64,000 nucleotides of DNA. Origin: a bacterium (GTDB lineage: Bacteria; UBP6; UBA1177). Positions 31,882-40,513 of this stretch are shown one piece after another. A model generated the notes under the pieces. It was not told where the DNA came from and did not search any database. It worked only from the letters and a program-made list of their open reading frames with translations. Both the position numbers and the translations under genes were made by a program. The stretch spans positions 21,781-85,780 of the forward strand of contig JAGCXM010000028.1 of NCBI GenBank assembly GCA_017961325.1. The letters are read 5' to 3'. Within the stretch, counting starts at the first letter, position 1, and every line of letters starts with the position of its first letter.

Positions 31882-32751
31882 TTATTTCCAGATTTTTTCA
31901 GAAACTATCGCGCCGGTTCCGAGAAGGAGCATGACGAATCCGGCGATGAAATAAGCCGAAAGTTTTTCACCGAGAAAAATGACGGCGAAAACAGTCGCGA
32001 CTGCCGGTTTCAGCATGAAAATAAGCGACGAACTGACGGGTGAATATTTCTTGATTGTCGCGAGAAATGTGACATAGCCCAGGCCAGTGACAATGAAACC
32101 GAGATAAACAAAAGCGGCTAACTTTGCGTAATCTTTAAAGAAAACAGGATTGAGCGCAAAACTTTTATTCGTTGCAAGCATAAAGACCGCAAGCGAGACG
32201 ATACCGAAGAAAAAGGAGACCAGATTGACCGAAAAAGGCTTGATCTTGGAGACGGTTTTCTTGCTGAGTACGGTGAATCCCGCAAAAATGACGGCTGCAG
32301 AAACTGCATAGACCGCGCCGTAGTTCAGTTTGAAGCCCTTTTCCCACATTATCACGAATATCGCCGCTACACCGATGAGAAGCCCGGCTATCTTTCTCGC
32401 GCTGATCTTCTCAAAACCCGCAATCGAAGAAATTATCATGACGAAAAGCGGGTTCGAGCAGAAAATCGCAGCCGCTGTCGCCGGAGTGCTTTCTTTCACT
32501 GCGAACTGCAAGAGACTCATCGCAAGAAATGCATTCAGAAAACCGAGCAGAAACAGGAAAAACCAGTCGCGTTTCGAAAATTTTCCGATCTCGGCGAAGC
32601 GTTTTTTCATGCCGGGATAAAGCAGGAAAAAGACGAAACCCATGGAAAACCGCCAGAAAGTCAGGGCGAACGGGTCGATGTAGGGCATGAGCGGCTTTGA
32701 AACGACTTCCAGTGAAGCGAAAATGAGCAGAGTCAGAATGAAGTAAATCAT
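31882..32751 (-). CDS. DMT superfamily (EamA-like) transporter
   Basis: Ten TM helices in two EamA-like repeats. Confidence 0.65.
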   Translation of the reverse strand: MIYFILTLLIFASLEVVSKPLMPYIDPFALTFWRFSMGFVFFLLYPGMKKRFAEIGKFSKRDWFFLFLLGFLNAFLAMSLLQFAVKESTPATAAAIFCSNPLFVMIISSIAGFEKISARKIAGLLIGVAAIFVIMWEKGFKLNYGAVYAVSAAVIFAGFTVLSKKTVSKIKPFSVNLVSFFFGIVSLAVFMLATNKSFALNPVFFKDYAKLAAFVYLGFIVTGLGYVTFLATIKKYSPVSSSLIFMLKPAVATVFAVIFLGEKLSAYFIAGFVMLLLGTGAIVSEKIWK

Positions 32752-32788
32752 GATTTTTAAAAAGTTAAGGCATTGAAATTATTAAAAT

Positions 32789-33793
32789 TTATGAAAGTTC
32801 CGCAAGGGTTTTCATAGCGTCGGAAAGGCCTTTGTACATCTTTTCGTATTCTTCCTTTCCCCAATCTTTCGGGTTTTTGCGGATGAAGGTCGTGAGATCT
32901 TCGCGGTTGTCGAATCTTGCGACCGGAATATTCCATTTTTTGGTTGCGAAAACATCTTTTCCGTCCTTTTTGACCGTAACGGTGCGTTCGACTTTGACCG
33001 TATCATGCTTGTCGCTCGTTTCGATGAGGTAAGCCATGTCGTCGCAGCCGTATTCGCCGAGCATGACTTCAAGCGGAACGCCGTGGTTGAGGATGGAGCT
33101 TTCTCCGTTCGGTTTCGCTCGTTCGTAGTTCTTTCTTCTGCTTTCTTCCGGCGTTACCCAGACGTAAAGTATCGAAGCTCTGTTGAGGATGTGCTCGGAG
33201 AACATCTCAAATGCCGAAGCATAACCCTGCGGAGGTGTAAGAGGCATTTTCGCGCCGTTTGCTCCGCCGCGAGCGAGCTCGATGACGATTGTTTTGTTTG
33301 TTTTGTCAGCAGCCGCCGTTGCATTTTTTTCTTTAAGAAATTCAGCTACTTCCGCTTCAATGGCCTTTCCAGCTGCAACTCTTATGTCCCACGGGATTTT
33401 TCCGAATTCGCGACCGAGATCGAGTTTTTCGCGGATGTTGTCCATCCTGTCGAAAAGCCACTGTGCAGCCGACGGAACATTGATTATATTGGAATTTACA
33501 AGGTCTTCGTAATCTTCGTTGAGAAGTTCGATAAGAGTTGACCACTCCATCGGATCCTTGAAAGGACGCGTCGCACCTTTGTAGAAAATATAGTGCCAGC
33601 CGAGCTTTGCAAGCTCGTCGTCAATTCTGTGCATGAAGTGAACGTAAGGATAGTCGTCAAGCTGAAGCGTCTCGCCCATGTGCATGTCGTTTTCGCACTG
33701 CTCGCGGGTAAGATGTTCCATGAATCTGCGGACTTCAGACTTTCCGGAAGCGGGAAGAGCCAGCAGCAAAACGGTGTCAAGCAATTTTTTCAT
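32789..33793 (-). CDS. Hypothetical protein with a P-loop resembling the 6-phosphofructo-2-kinase/zeta-toxin kinase Walker A (LLALPASGKSE). Start taken at ATG 33791-33793, which is preceded by AGGAGAG; the ORF track extends to 33907.
   Basis: GLPARGKT-like motif; otherwise unassigned. Confidence 0.45.
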   Translation of the reverse strand: MKKLLDTVLLLALPASGKSEVRRFMEHLTREQCENDMHMGETLQLDDYPYVHFMHRIDDELAKLGWHYIFYKGATRPFKDPMEWSTLIELLNEDYEDLVNSNIINVPSAAQWLFDRMDNIREKLDLGREFGKIPWDIRVAAGKAIEAEVAEFLKEKNATAAADKTNKTIVIELARGGANGAKMPLTPPQGYASAFEMFSEHILNRASILYVWVTPEESRRKNYERAKPNGESSILNHGVPLEVMLGEYGCDDMAYLIETSDKHDTVKVERTVTVKKDGKDVFATKKWNIPVARFDNREDLTTFIRKNPKDWGKEEYEKMYKGLSDAMKTLAELS

Positions 33794-33931
33794 TGTTCTC
33801 TCCTCTGTCAAAAAATTAAAACACGCTTTTATAAACAATAACGGAAAAAGAGTCAAAAAATGTAAATTCAGTCTGATTATAATTTTCATTTTGCAAAAAA
33901 AATTCAATGTGTTATAAGGACGCGGTTATTT

Positions 33932-35014
33932 ATGGAGACGCCCATGCTGATTCCTTTTTCAGAAGTCAAGTTTCATTCGCCCGATTTTGACGGAAAATTT
34001 GTTCCCTCTTTTCTGAACGACATTGCCCGTGACGGCGAATTTCAAAACGGAATACTCATTTGCGAGACATCGAACAAAACCGGATATGTTCTGATTTCAG
34101 ACGGCAGAGCGGTTTTGTCGCGCGGAATAGCCTTTTCAAACGAAGGAGAGGTCTTTGCCTCCGTTCCGATAGAATCCTTTTTGGAAGAACAGCATTTGGA
34201 ACTTACGTTGGCAAGTGTAAAAAATGATAATGTTTTAAAGTACTTGTCTGATTTTTTGGCTTATCCTCATTTTATTTGTTCGCCGTATCGTTTCGTAAAT
34301 GTTCCTTTTCTGGTTTCATATCTGTCGGGGCAGAAAGAGAGTGCGCTGATAGCTTTCAAGCACGGTCAGGCGATAGATATCGTCGCTTTCGACAAAGGGA
34401 ATTTTTCTTTTCTCGCTCTTTTTGACAGCAGGAAAAACGTTTACATTTTTGAAGACAATCCGGTTAATTTCGGCGCATATTTGGGTAATTTGGACATTAC
34501 TAAACCGATTGTTCTCGGGATAAAGATTTCGGAGAATCTTTTTTCTTCTTTCGGTTTCAGCAGCGGGCTTGATTTTATTGAAAAGGATCTCGTCTCTGAG
34601 GAGGCCGGAGTTTATTTCAATGCCTTTTCCGCTGTTTTCAAGGTTTTTGCGGAAATTCTGCCGCCGGAGAACGTGGCAGCCCTTGCCGGAAAAATCCTTT
34701 CTTACCTAAAAGGCAAGTATCCGCAGGTTTATTCTTTGCTTGAATATTCGCCCGAAAGAGGCACCGTAAACTGGGAATCTCTTCTCGAAACCAGAAAATT
34801 CGTTGCGGAAGAATACCGTTTTGCCGCCTATCACGGCTATCTTGACGAAATTCTTCTCCTTTTGCTGAGAAGTGCGAATTCTTTGCTGAAGCCGAGGGAA
34901 ATGAAGGCGCTTGAACTTGATGTCAGGGTTTTGTTTCAGGGCGCGGAGGATAAGAACAAAGATTTTTCAGGAATGTTTGACAGATTCGATAAATTGTTGA
35001 AAATCCTGCAGTAG
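33932..35014 (+). CDS. Hypothetical protein (360 aa), possibly carrying a DUF4388/PATAN-like N-terminal domain
   Basis: Weak resemblance only (..GILICETSNKTGYVLISDGRAV..); first gene of a co-directional cluster with the FHA, ankyrin and ParA-like genes. Confidence 0.4.
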   Translation: METPMLIPFSEVKFHSPDFDGKFVPSFLNDIARDGEFQNGILICETSNKTGYVLISDGRAVLSRGIAFSNEGEVFASVPIESFLEEQHLELTLASVKNDNVLKYLSDFLAYPHFICSPYRFVNVPFLVSYLSGQKESALIAFKHGQAIDIVAFDKGNFSFLALFDSRKNVYIFEDNPVNFGAYLGNLDITKPIVLGIKISENLFSSFGFSSGLDFIEKDLVSEEAGVYFNAFSAVFKVFAEILPPENVAALAGKILSYLKGKYPQVYSLLEYSPERGTVNWESLLETRKFVAEEYRFAAYHGYLDEILLLLLRSANSLLKPREMKALELDVRVLFQGAEDKNKDFSGMFDRFDKLLKILQ

Positions 35015-35028
35015 TGTTTTTTTAGAGG

Positions 35029-35916
35029 GTGAGTCCGGTGCTGAAGCTTATAGTCGAAAACGACAGGAACGAGTTGAATGTTTTTGAGTTTAACGGAAAT
35101 CTGATAACTGTCGGCCGGAGTGAAAAAAACGATCTCGTTCTGAACGAAAGAAACGTTTCGCGCTATCATTTCCAGCTTGAAATAATTGACGACAGGATAA
35201 TTATCAGCGACTGCAGAAGTTTCAACCACACTTTTGTCGACGAGCGCGAACTTTTCGGCGAAAAGCTCGAAATTTTTGTGGGAAATGTCATAACTGTCGG
35301 AGATTACAACATATATCTTGAAGAGGACGATGAGTCTCTGCTCAAAACTGTTCAGATGGCAGTCGAAACCGAGGGGCATAAGATAGCTTCCGAAAATCTT
35401 CTTCTCGCAAAGAACGGCTATTTGGGCGGAAAGGTTTTTCCGATCACCGGACGTGAAACCGTAATCGGAAGCCATGCGAGTGCCGATGTCTACATTTCGT
35501 CAAACGATATTCCTCCGATCCATTCGAAAATCGTGTTCGACGGCAACATTTATCTTCTCGTAAAAGGCGACTACAATGCCGATTATCCGCTTGTCGTCAA
35601 CGATACCAGAGTCGATTCGGTCGATATGAGGAACGGTGACGAAATCAGAATCGGCGACTATATTTTCGAGTTTGTCGAAAAGGGGGAGGAGTACGATCCG
35701 CTCCCCTATCAGCATGTCGCTGAAGAGACGAGAAAAGAAAAGCTGAGAAAAGACATAAAAGGCAAAAAAATAAAAAGTATCAACGATGAAGAACGAGATG
35801 AAAAAACCGAAATCACCCGCATCGAAAAGGGTTCGGGCGGCGGAAAAACAGTTTTGATTCTTGCCGCGCTTGCCGTTTTGGCTGCGGTTTTCGTAATTTT
35901 CTTTTTTGTTCTCTGA
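35029..35916 (+). CDS. Protein with two FHA domains and a C-terminal transmembrane anchor (GTG start)
   Basis: NLITVGRSEKNDLVLNERNVSRYHFQL and RETVIGSHASADVYISSNDIPPIHSKIVFDG FHA signatures; C-terminal hydrophobic segment. Confidence 0.7.
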   Translation: MSPVLKLIVENDRNELNVFEFNGNLITVGRSEKNDLVLNERNVSRYHFQLEIIDDRIIISDCRSFNHTFVDERELFGEKLEIFVGNVITVGDYNIYLEEDDESLLKTVQMAVETEGHKIASENLLLAKNGYLGGKVFPITGRETVIGSHASADVYISSNDIPPIHSKIVFDGNIYLLVKGDYNADYPLVVNDTRVDSVDMRNGDEIRIGDYIFEFVEKGEEYDPLPYQHVAEETRKEKLRKDIKGKKIKSINDEERDEKTEITRIEKGSGGGKTVLILAALAVLAAVFVIFFFVL

Positions 35917-35931
35917 TTTTTAGTTTCCGAA

Positions 35932-36639
35932 ATGCGTTTGCCGATAATCTTTTTTATTCTTTTTTTCTTTATCGCATGCACACAGAGCAATGCCGGCATT
36001 CTCAACAGAATGGGTTATGAAGCCGACGGAATCGGTTTTCTGGAAGCTGTTGAAAACGACGACTCTGCGGCGGTCGGAATTTTTTTGAAAATGCCCCATC
36101 TTATTAATTTTGCTGATAAATCAGGGAGAACTGCCGTGATGCTGGCTTCCCGGAAAAAGGATTCAAAAATGCTTGAAAAGCTGATAAATTCTGGTGCAAA
36201 CCTTAAAATCATGGATAATGCCGAAAAAACTCCGCTGCATTACGCCGTCGCCGCAAACTCTTTGGAAAATGCGAAGATTCTCATTGAAAATGGTGCCGAC
36301 GTGAACTGGCGTGATAACTACGGACGTGATGCGCTAAACACTTTCCTTAATTTCGCAAAAGAAGAAAATGTTGAATTGTTTCAAATGCTTGTCGCCGAAT
36401 CAGACGATCTGGAAAGGCGCGATAACGACAAAAAAACGCTTTTGATAGTTGCCGCCGAAAAGGGTTTCGGCAGGTGTGTCAGAATTCTTATGTCGCGCAG
36501 CGTTTCGCCGCTTGCCAAGGATTTTAAGGGAAAAATCGCTCTTGAGTATGCGGCCGAATCGCTTGAAGCCGGCAGAATCGATGCCGGAACATTCAATGAA
36601 CTTGAAATTTATACTCAGAAAATAAAAGAAAAACTGTGA
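35932..36639 (+). CDS. Ankyrin-repeat lipoprotein
   Basis: Lipobox FIACTQ; about five ANK repeats (TPLHYAVAANSLENAKILIENGADVN...). Confidence 0.7.
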   Translation: MRLPIIFFILFFFIACTQSNAGILNRMGYEADGIGFLEAVENDDSAAVGIFLKMPHLINFADKSGRTAVMLASRKKDSKMLEKLINSGANLKIMDNAEKTPLHYAVAANSLENAKILIENGADVNWRDNYGRDALNTFLNFAKEENVELFQMLVAESDDLERRDNDKKTLLIVAAEKGFGRCVRILMSRSVSPLAKDFKGKIALEYAAESLEAGRIDAGTFNELEIYTQKIKEKL

Positions 36640-36645
36640 CGGAGG

Positions 36646-38259
36646 TTGACAATGGTAAAACTGATTGCCGCGTTTTCGCCTAAGGGCGGAGCAGGAACTT
36701 CGCTCATAATCGCGAATCTTTCGATTTATCTTGCGCAGAAGGGGAAAAAGGTTCTTCTGATTGATGCCGCGCCTAACGGGGGAACGCTCCACTCCTATCT
36801 CAATCTTCCGACAATCGCCGTTTCCGATGAAGTCGCGGAACATTTTTCGGTTCTGCCGCTTATTTCTACTGATTATCAAAATCTTAGTTTTTTCAGTAAC
36901 TTACTGCATCAGGGCACGAAAGTCAGCGAACTTTTGGTGCGCTGGCAGATGGAAATCCGGCAGGGACAGTTCGACTTCGTTTTCATCGATATGGGTTCCG
37001 TGATAAATTCAGATCTGATGGAGGTCATCGGAATCGCCGACTATTCGCTGATGTTCATTTCGCCCGATTTCGTTTCGTTTGAAAAGAGCAACTATTTTTT
37101 CAGGGAGCTTGTCAACTACCGTCTGAGAAACGTCGAACTAAAGTACGACATTCTTCTTGAGACGCAGAACATAAGGCGTGCCAAGAAGGATTATCTTTTC
37201 ACATTCAGAAACCTGCTCGTTCTCCTTTCCCAGGCGATTCCAAAAAATTCAAACCAGATCGCCAATATTGAAGATCTCAAGATCGGAATAGTCTACAACG
37301 GAATGAAAAACTCGGCCGACAAGGAGCTGGCATCGCTTTACCAGTTCATAATCAGCAGCAGTTTCGGAGTCGAGAGCGACTGTATTGCCGAAATAGCATA
37401 TTCAGACCTTGTTCCGACTTCTATTGCCGCGATGAAACCTGTCGTTACTCTTGAAAAAAATGCCGAATTTATTGATGTTCTTGATAATCTGGCAAGTACT
37501 CTTTCGGGTTATCTGTTCCAGAAGAGCCCGCTTAAAAAGAAGTTGAAAATCACGCCGTTCAACTATTATGAATGGTTCGGTCTTGACCGCGGATGTACCT
37601 CTTTAGACATCAAAACGCAGTATGAAAAACTGAAAAAGCTTTATGTCGTCGAAAATCCGATCCTGCGCGACATTTACAGTGACAGCGACCTTTTCATCAT
37701 CAATGCGCTGCTCGACACTGTTTTCAGTGAGTTGAACGACCCGGAAATCAGGCGTGAATACGACATGGACATCGACAGTCACCTCGTTTCGCTTGAAACA
37801 TCGTTTCCCGACATTTTCATAATCGGCGAGGTCATTAAAAAGTATAACCGCGGAAAGAAAAGGGAAACTCTTGTGAAAAAGGACGTTTTCGGTCGCAGTG
37901 CGGAGAAAAATGTTCCGTCTCAGACAGAGTCCGATTTTGTTGATGTGAATGAAATATTTAACAAATACAAAGAGTTGCCTGTAACCGGCGATTTGCTGCG
38001 CAAGATCCGTGAGGAGGCCGGCATTTCTTACGAACTTATAATTTCCCGGACGAAAATATCGAACGGAGTCCTCTACGCGATTGAAAACGATATGTATTCG
38101 CAGCTTCCTGCCGATCTTTACGTCAAAAATTTCGTTCAGCAGTATTGCAGGACTCTCAAACTCAGCGCCGAAAACACCGAACTCATAGCCTGGGGTTACC
38201 TCAAATCGAAAAATAAGCCTGCAACAGTGGAAAATACCGCTGTTTCTGAGACAAATTAG
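36646..38259 (+). CDS. Multidomain protein: ParA/MinD-like domain with a degenerate deviant Walker A (KGGAGTS, P-loop lysine missing), a J-domain-like segment lacking HPD, and a RodZ-type HTH (HTH_25)
   Basis: MVKLIAAFSPKGGAGTSLIIANLSIYLAQKGKKVLLIDAAPNGG...; YYEWFGLDRGCTSLDIKTQYEKLKKLY...; C-terminal LLRKIREEAGISYELIISRTKISNGVLYAIENDMYSQLPADLYVKNFVQQYCRTLKL. Confidence 0.6.
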   Translation: MTMVKLIAAFSPKGGAGTSLIIANLSIYLAQKGKKVLLIDAAPNGGTLHSYLNLPTIAVSDEVAEHFSVLPLISTDYQNLSFFSNLLHQGTKVSELLVRWQMEIRQGQFDFVFIDMGSVINSDLMEVIGIADYSLMFISPDFVSFEKSNYFFRELVNYRLRNVELKYDILLETQNIRRAKKDYLFTFRNLLVLLSQAIPKNSNQIANIEDLKIGIVYNGMKNSADKELASLYQFIISSSFGVESDCIAEIAYSDLVPTSIAAMKPVVTLEKNAEFIDVLDNLASTLSGYLFQKSPLKKKLKITPFNYYEWFGLDRGCTSLDIKTQYEKLKKLYVVENPILRDIYSDSDLFIINALLDTVFSELNDPEIRREYDMDIDSHLVSLETSFPDIFIIGEVIKKYNRGKKRETLVKKDVFGRSAEKNVPSQTESDFVDVNEIFNKYKELPVTGDLLRKIREEAGISYELIISRTKISNGVLYAIENDMYSQLPADLYVKNFVQQYCRTLKLSAENTELIAWGYLKSKNKPATVENTAVSETN

Positions 38260-38271
38260 CGGGAGAGAAGC

Positions 38272-39129
38272 ATGAAATCAGATCTTTTCAAACCGATTTT
38301 CGATTATTTCGGTTTCAGATATCCGGGCGCATACATGACGATTCTCTTTTTTTCGTTTTTCATGACGCTGCCGATAATGGTTTTTTCCTCAAAGCGGTTC
38401 GATCTGAGCTTCAGGAAAATGGTCGGCATGCCGCTTGTCATCGTGCCGTGCGCTCTTGTTTTTTCAAAGATTTTCCATGTTTTTTTTGACGGAATGATTA
38501 CGACCTATATAAACGGTTTGGAAGAGAACGGAATTTCATATCTTTTTAAAGTAATGCTCAACCCTTTCAAGCCCGGACATGTTTTTTACGGCGGACTTTT
38601 CGGCGGATTTCTGGCCGGCGCGCTTTTCACTCTGGCGGCATATCCGCACGATGAAAAATCTTTTCTAAAAACAGCAGACGCCGCTTCGATTTGTGTCGCA
38701 AACGGACTCTGGCTGACAAGAATCGGCTGTTTTCTTGAAGGATGCTGTTTCGGAATCCCGTCGAGAATTTTCGGAATCAGTTTCCCCCGAGGCTCGAAGA
38801 CGATGTTTATGCTTTACACGCTTGATCCCGAGCATACTAGTCTTGTCAGTGACACTCAGCCGATAATTCCTACACAGCTTATTCATTCATTCAGCAATTT
38901 CGTAATATTTGTCGTCCTTTTAAAACTTGCTTTGTCGAAAAAACCTAAAAATCCCGGATATATTTCGGCGGTTTTCCTGATTTCCTATTCGGTAACGCGC
39001 TTTTTGATAGAATTCCTGCGCTTTGATTCTCGCGGCAGTTTTTTGATGTTTTCAACAAGTCAGTGGATTTCGGTTTTTCTTTTTATCGGCGGTTGGAAGC
39101 TTTTTCAGAAAACGGAACCTGAAAAATAG
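38272..39129 (+). CDS. lgt: Prolipoprotein diacylglyceryl transferase
   Basis: Lgt signature TRIGCFLEGCCFGIPS (G-R-I-G-C-F-L-x-G-C-C-x-G) plus polytopic membrane topology. Confidence 0.75.
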   Translation: MKSDLFKPIFDYFGFRYPGAYMTILFFSFFMTLPIMVFSSKRFDLSFRKMVGMPLVIVPCALVFSKIFHVFFDGMITTYINGLEENGISYLFKVMLNPFKPGHVFYGGLFGGFLAGALFTLAAYPHDEKSFLKTADAASICVANGLWLTRIGCFLEGCCFGIPSRIFGISFPRGSKTMFMLYTLDPEHTSLVSDTQPIIPTQLIHSFSNFVIFVVLLKLALSKKPKNPGYISAVFLISYSVTRFLIEFLRFDSRGSFLMFSTSQWISVFLFIGGWKLFQKTEPEK

Positions 39130-39133
39130 CTGT

Positions 39134-40501
39134 TTAAAAACGCTGTCTTACGCAGATGACTTTAAAAGAGTTTTCTTTTGAAAGTTCCATTGTTGATCCG
39201 TATGCCATACGTATTGCCCATACTTTTTCCCCATTGTTGGTATAGGAAGTCGAACTCCAGAAAGTTTCAGTATCCATTCCTTCAAAATCGGATGCCGGAT
39301 GGAATTTATAATAATTGATCATAGTTTTAAGTTCGTTTATATTAGGAAGTCTCCAATCGTAAAATCCTGCGTATCCGCCGATTTTTCTGCAGTATTTAAG
39401 AGCGCTTTCCCAATCCTGATTGCCGCCGAACGATTTCGTCCAGACAAGGTTGTTGACGGAATCGGTAACTATTTCCTCTCCTTCTGTTCCGGATACTTTA
39501 AACGAAGGAGTTTTTAATGTTCCTTCTCCCCTTACACAACGGACGTAAAGGTAGGAAAGAGAACCGGTTGTTTTGTTTCCATCGATTTTACCCTGCAAAA
39601 AATCTAAAGCCCAGTTCTTGTCGGTATCATAAAGGTAAACATCTGAAGTCCAGAAAGGCCTTCCCGGAGTGTTCGGGAATATTTCACTGTCAATTGACGG
39701 ATTCGTTTTGCCGTAATCCACAATGGTTCCCAATTCAGCCGGAGTCGGAAGACGCCAGTCGCTGTAGCCTGCATAGTTGAGATTGTTGCAGTAGCTGACT
39801 GCTTCTGAAGGTGCACAGAGCGTTCCTGAAGAGCCGGAGCAGCCGGAGTATGTCTCCGGAAGGTTACGCTGCCAGACCAAACCCGTGATATTGTCCGTTA
39901 CCAAATCTTCCGTCGTGGTGAAACTTCTTTTTACGCAGTAACCTTTCTCTGCATACTGGGTATCCTGTCCGAAAAATGGTTCTGACGGTGCAGGACATTC
40001 TATTTCGTCATATTTGTCGAAACATTTGCTCTGACCCGTACAGAGAACTTCTGCGGAGTTGGTTTCCTGAATTTCTTGATTTGCAACATCGTCGTCAGAT
40101 CCTGAATCGGCATCATCATTCGTGTCCGAATCGGTATCATTGTCGGAAACTGAATCCGCATCGTTATTAGCGGAATCGGAATCGTCAGGGCGTTCTTCTT
40201 CCGAGTCTGCATCGCCGGAAGGTTCGCCTGAATCGGCATCATCCTCTGAAACGGTGTCGGATTCATCGCTATCCGTATCGGTGTCGTTGCCGGAATCGGT
40301 GTCTGTCTCCGTGTCGTCACCGGTGTCTGCCTCCGTGTTGTCATCGGCAGTATCCGCATCGTCGTTTTCGTTTACGGAATCGGTGTCGCTGACCGCTTCA
40401 TCATCATTTTCCGGGTAATCGGTTTTGTTTCCGTCGCTGCATCCGGTAAAAAAGATAGCCGCGCAAAGAATCAAAAAGGAAATTGTTGCTTTAAGTTTCA
40501 T
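39134..40501 (-). CDS. Lipoprotein with an acidic D/S/T-rich low-complexity region and two C-terminal Fib_succ_major/DUF1566-type domains
   Basis: Lipobox FFTGCS; WRLPTPAELGTIVDY and WRLPNINELKTMINY motifs. Confidence 0.65.
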   Translation of the reverse strand: MKLKATISFLILCAAIFFTGCSDGNKTDYPENDDEAVSDTDSVNENDDADTADDNTEADTGDDTETDTDSGNDTDTDSDESDTVSEDDADSGEPSGDADSEEERPDDSDSANNDADSVSDNDTDSDTNDDADSGSDDDVANQEIQETNSAEVLCTGQSKCFDKYDEIECPAPSEPFFGQDTQYAEKGYCVKRSFTTTEDLVTDNITGLVWQRNLPETYSGCSGSSGTLCAPSEAVSYCNNLNYAGYSDWRLPTPAELGTIVDYGKTNPSIDSEIFPNTPGRPFWTSDVYLYDTDKNWALDFLQGKIDGNKTTGSLSYLYVRCVRGEGTLKTPSFKVSGTEGEEIVTDSVNNLVWTKSFGGNQDWESALKYCRKIGGYAGFYDWRLPNINELKTMINYYKFHPASDFEGMDTETFWSSTSYTNNGEKVWAIRMAYGSTMELSKENSFKVICVRQRF

Positions 40502-40513
40502 GTTTTCTCTCCG

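Noticed and set aside
36646-38259. Considered calling this minD/parA or a chromosome-partitioning ATPase
   Set aside because: The Walker A lysine is missing and it is fused to J-like and HTH_25 domains; no parB or parS seen. Left as an uncharacterised multidomain protein.
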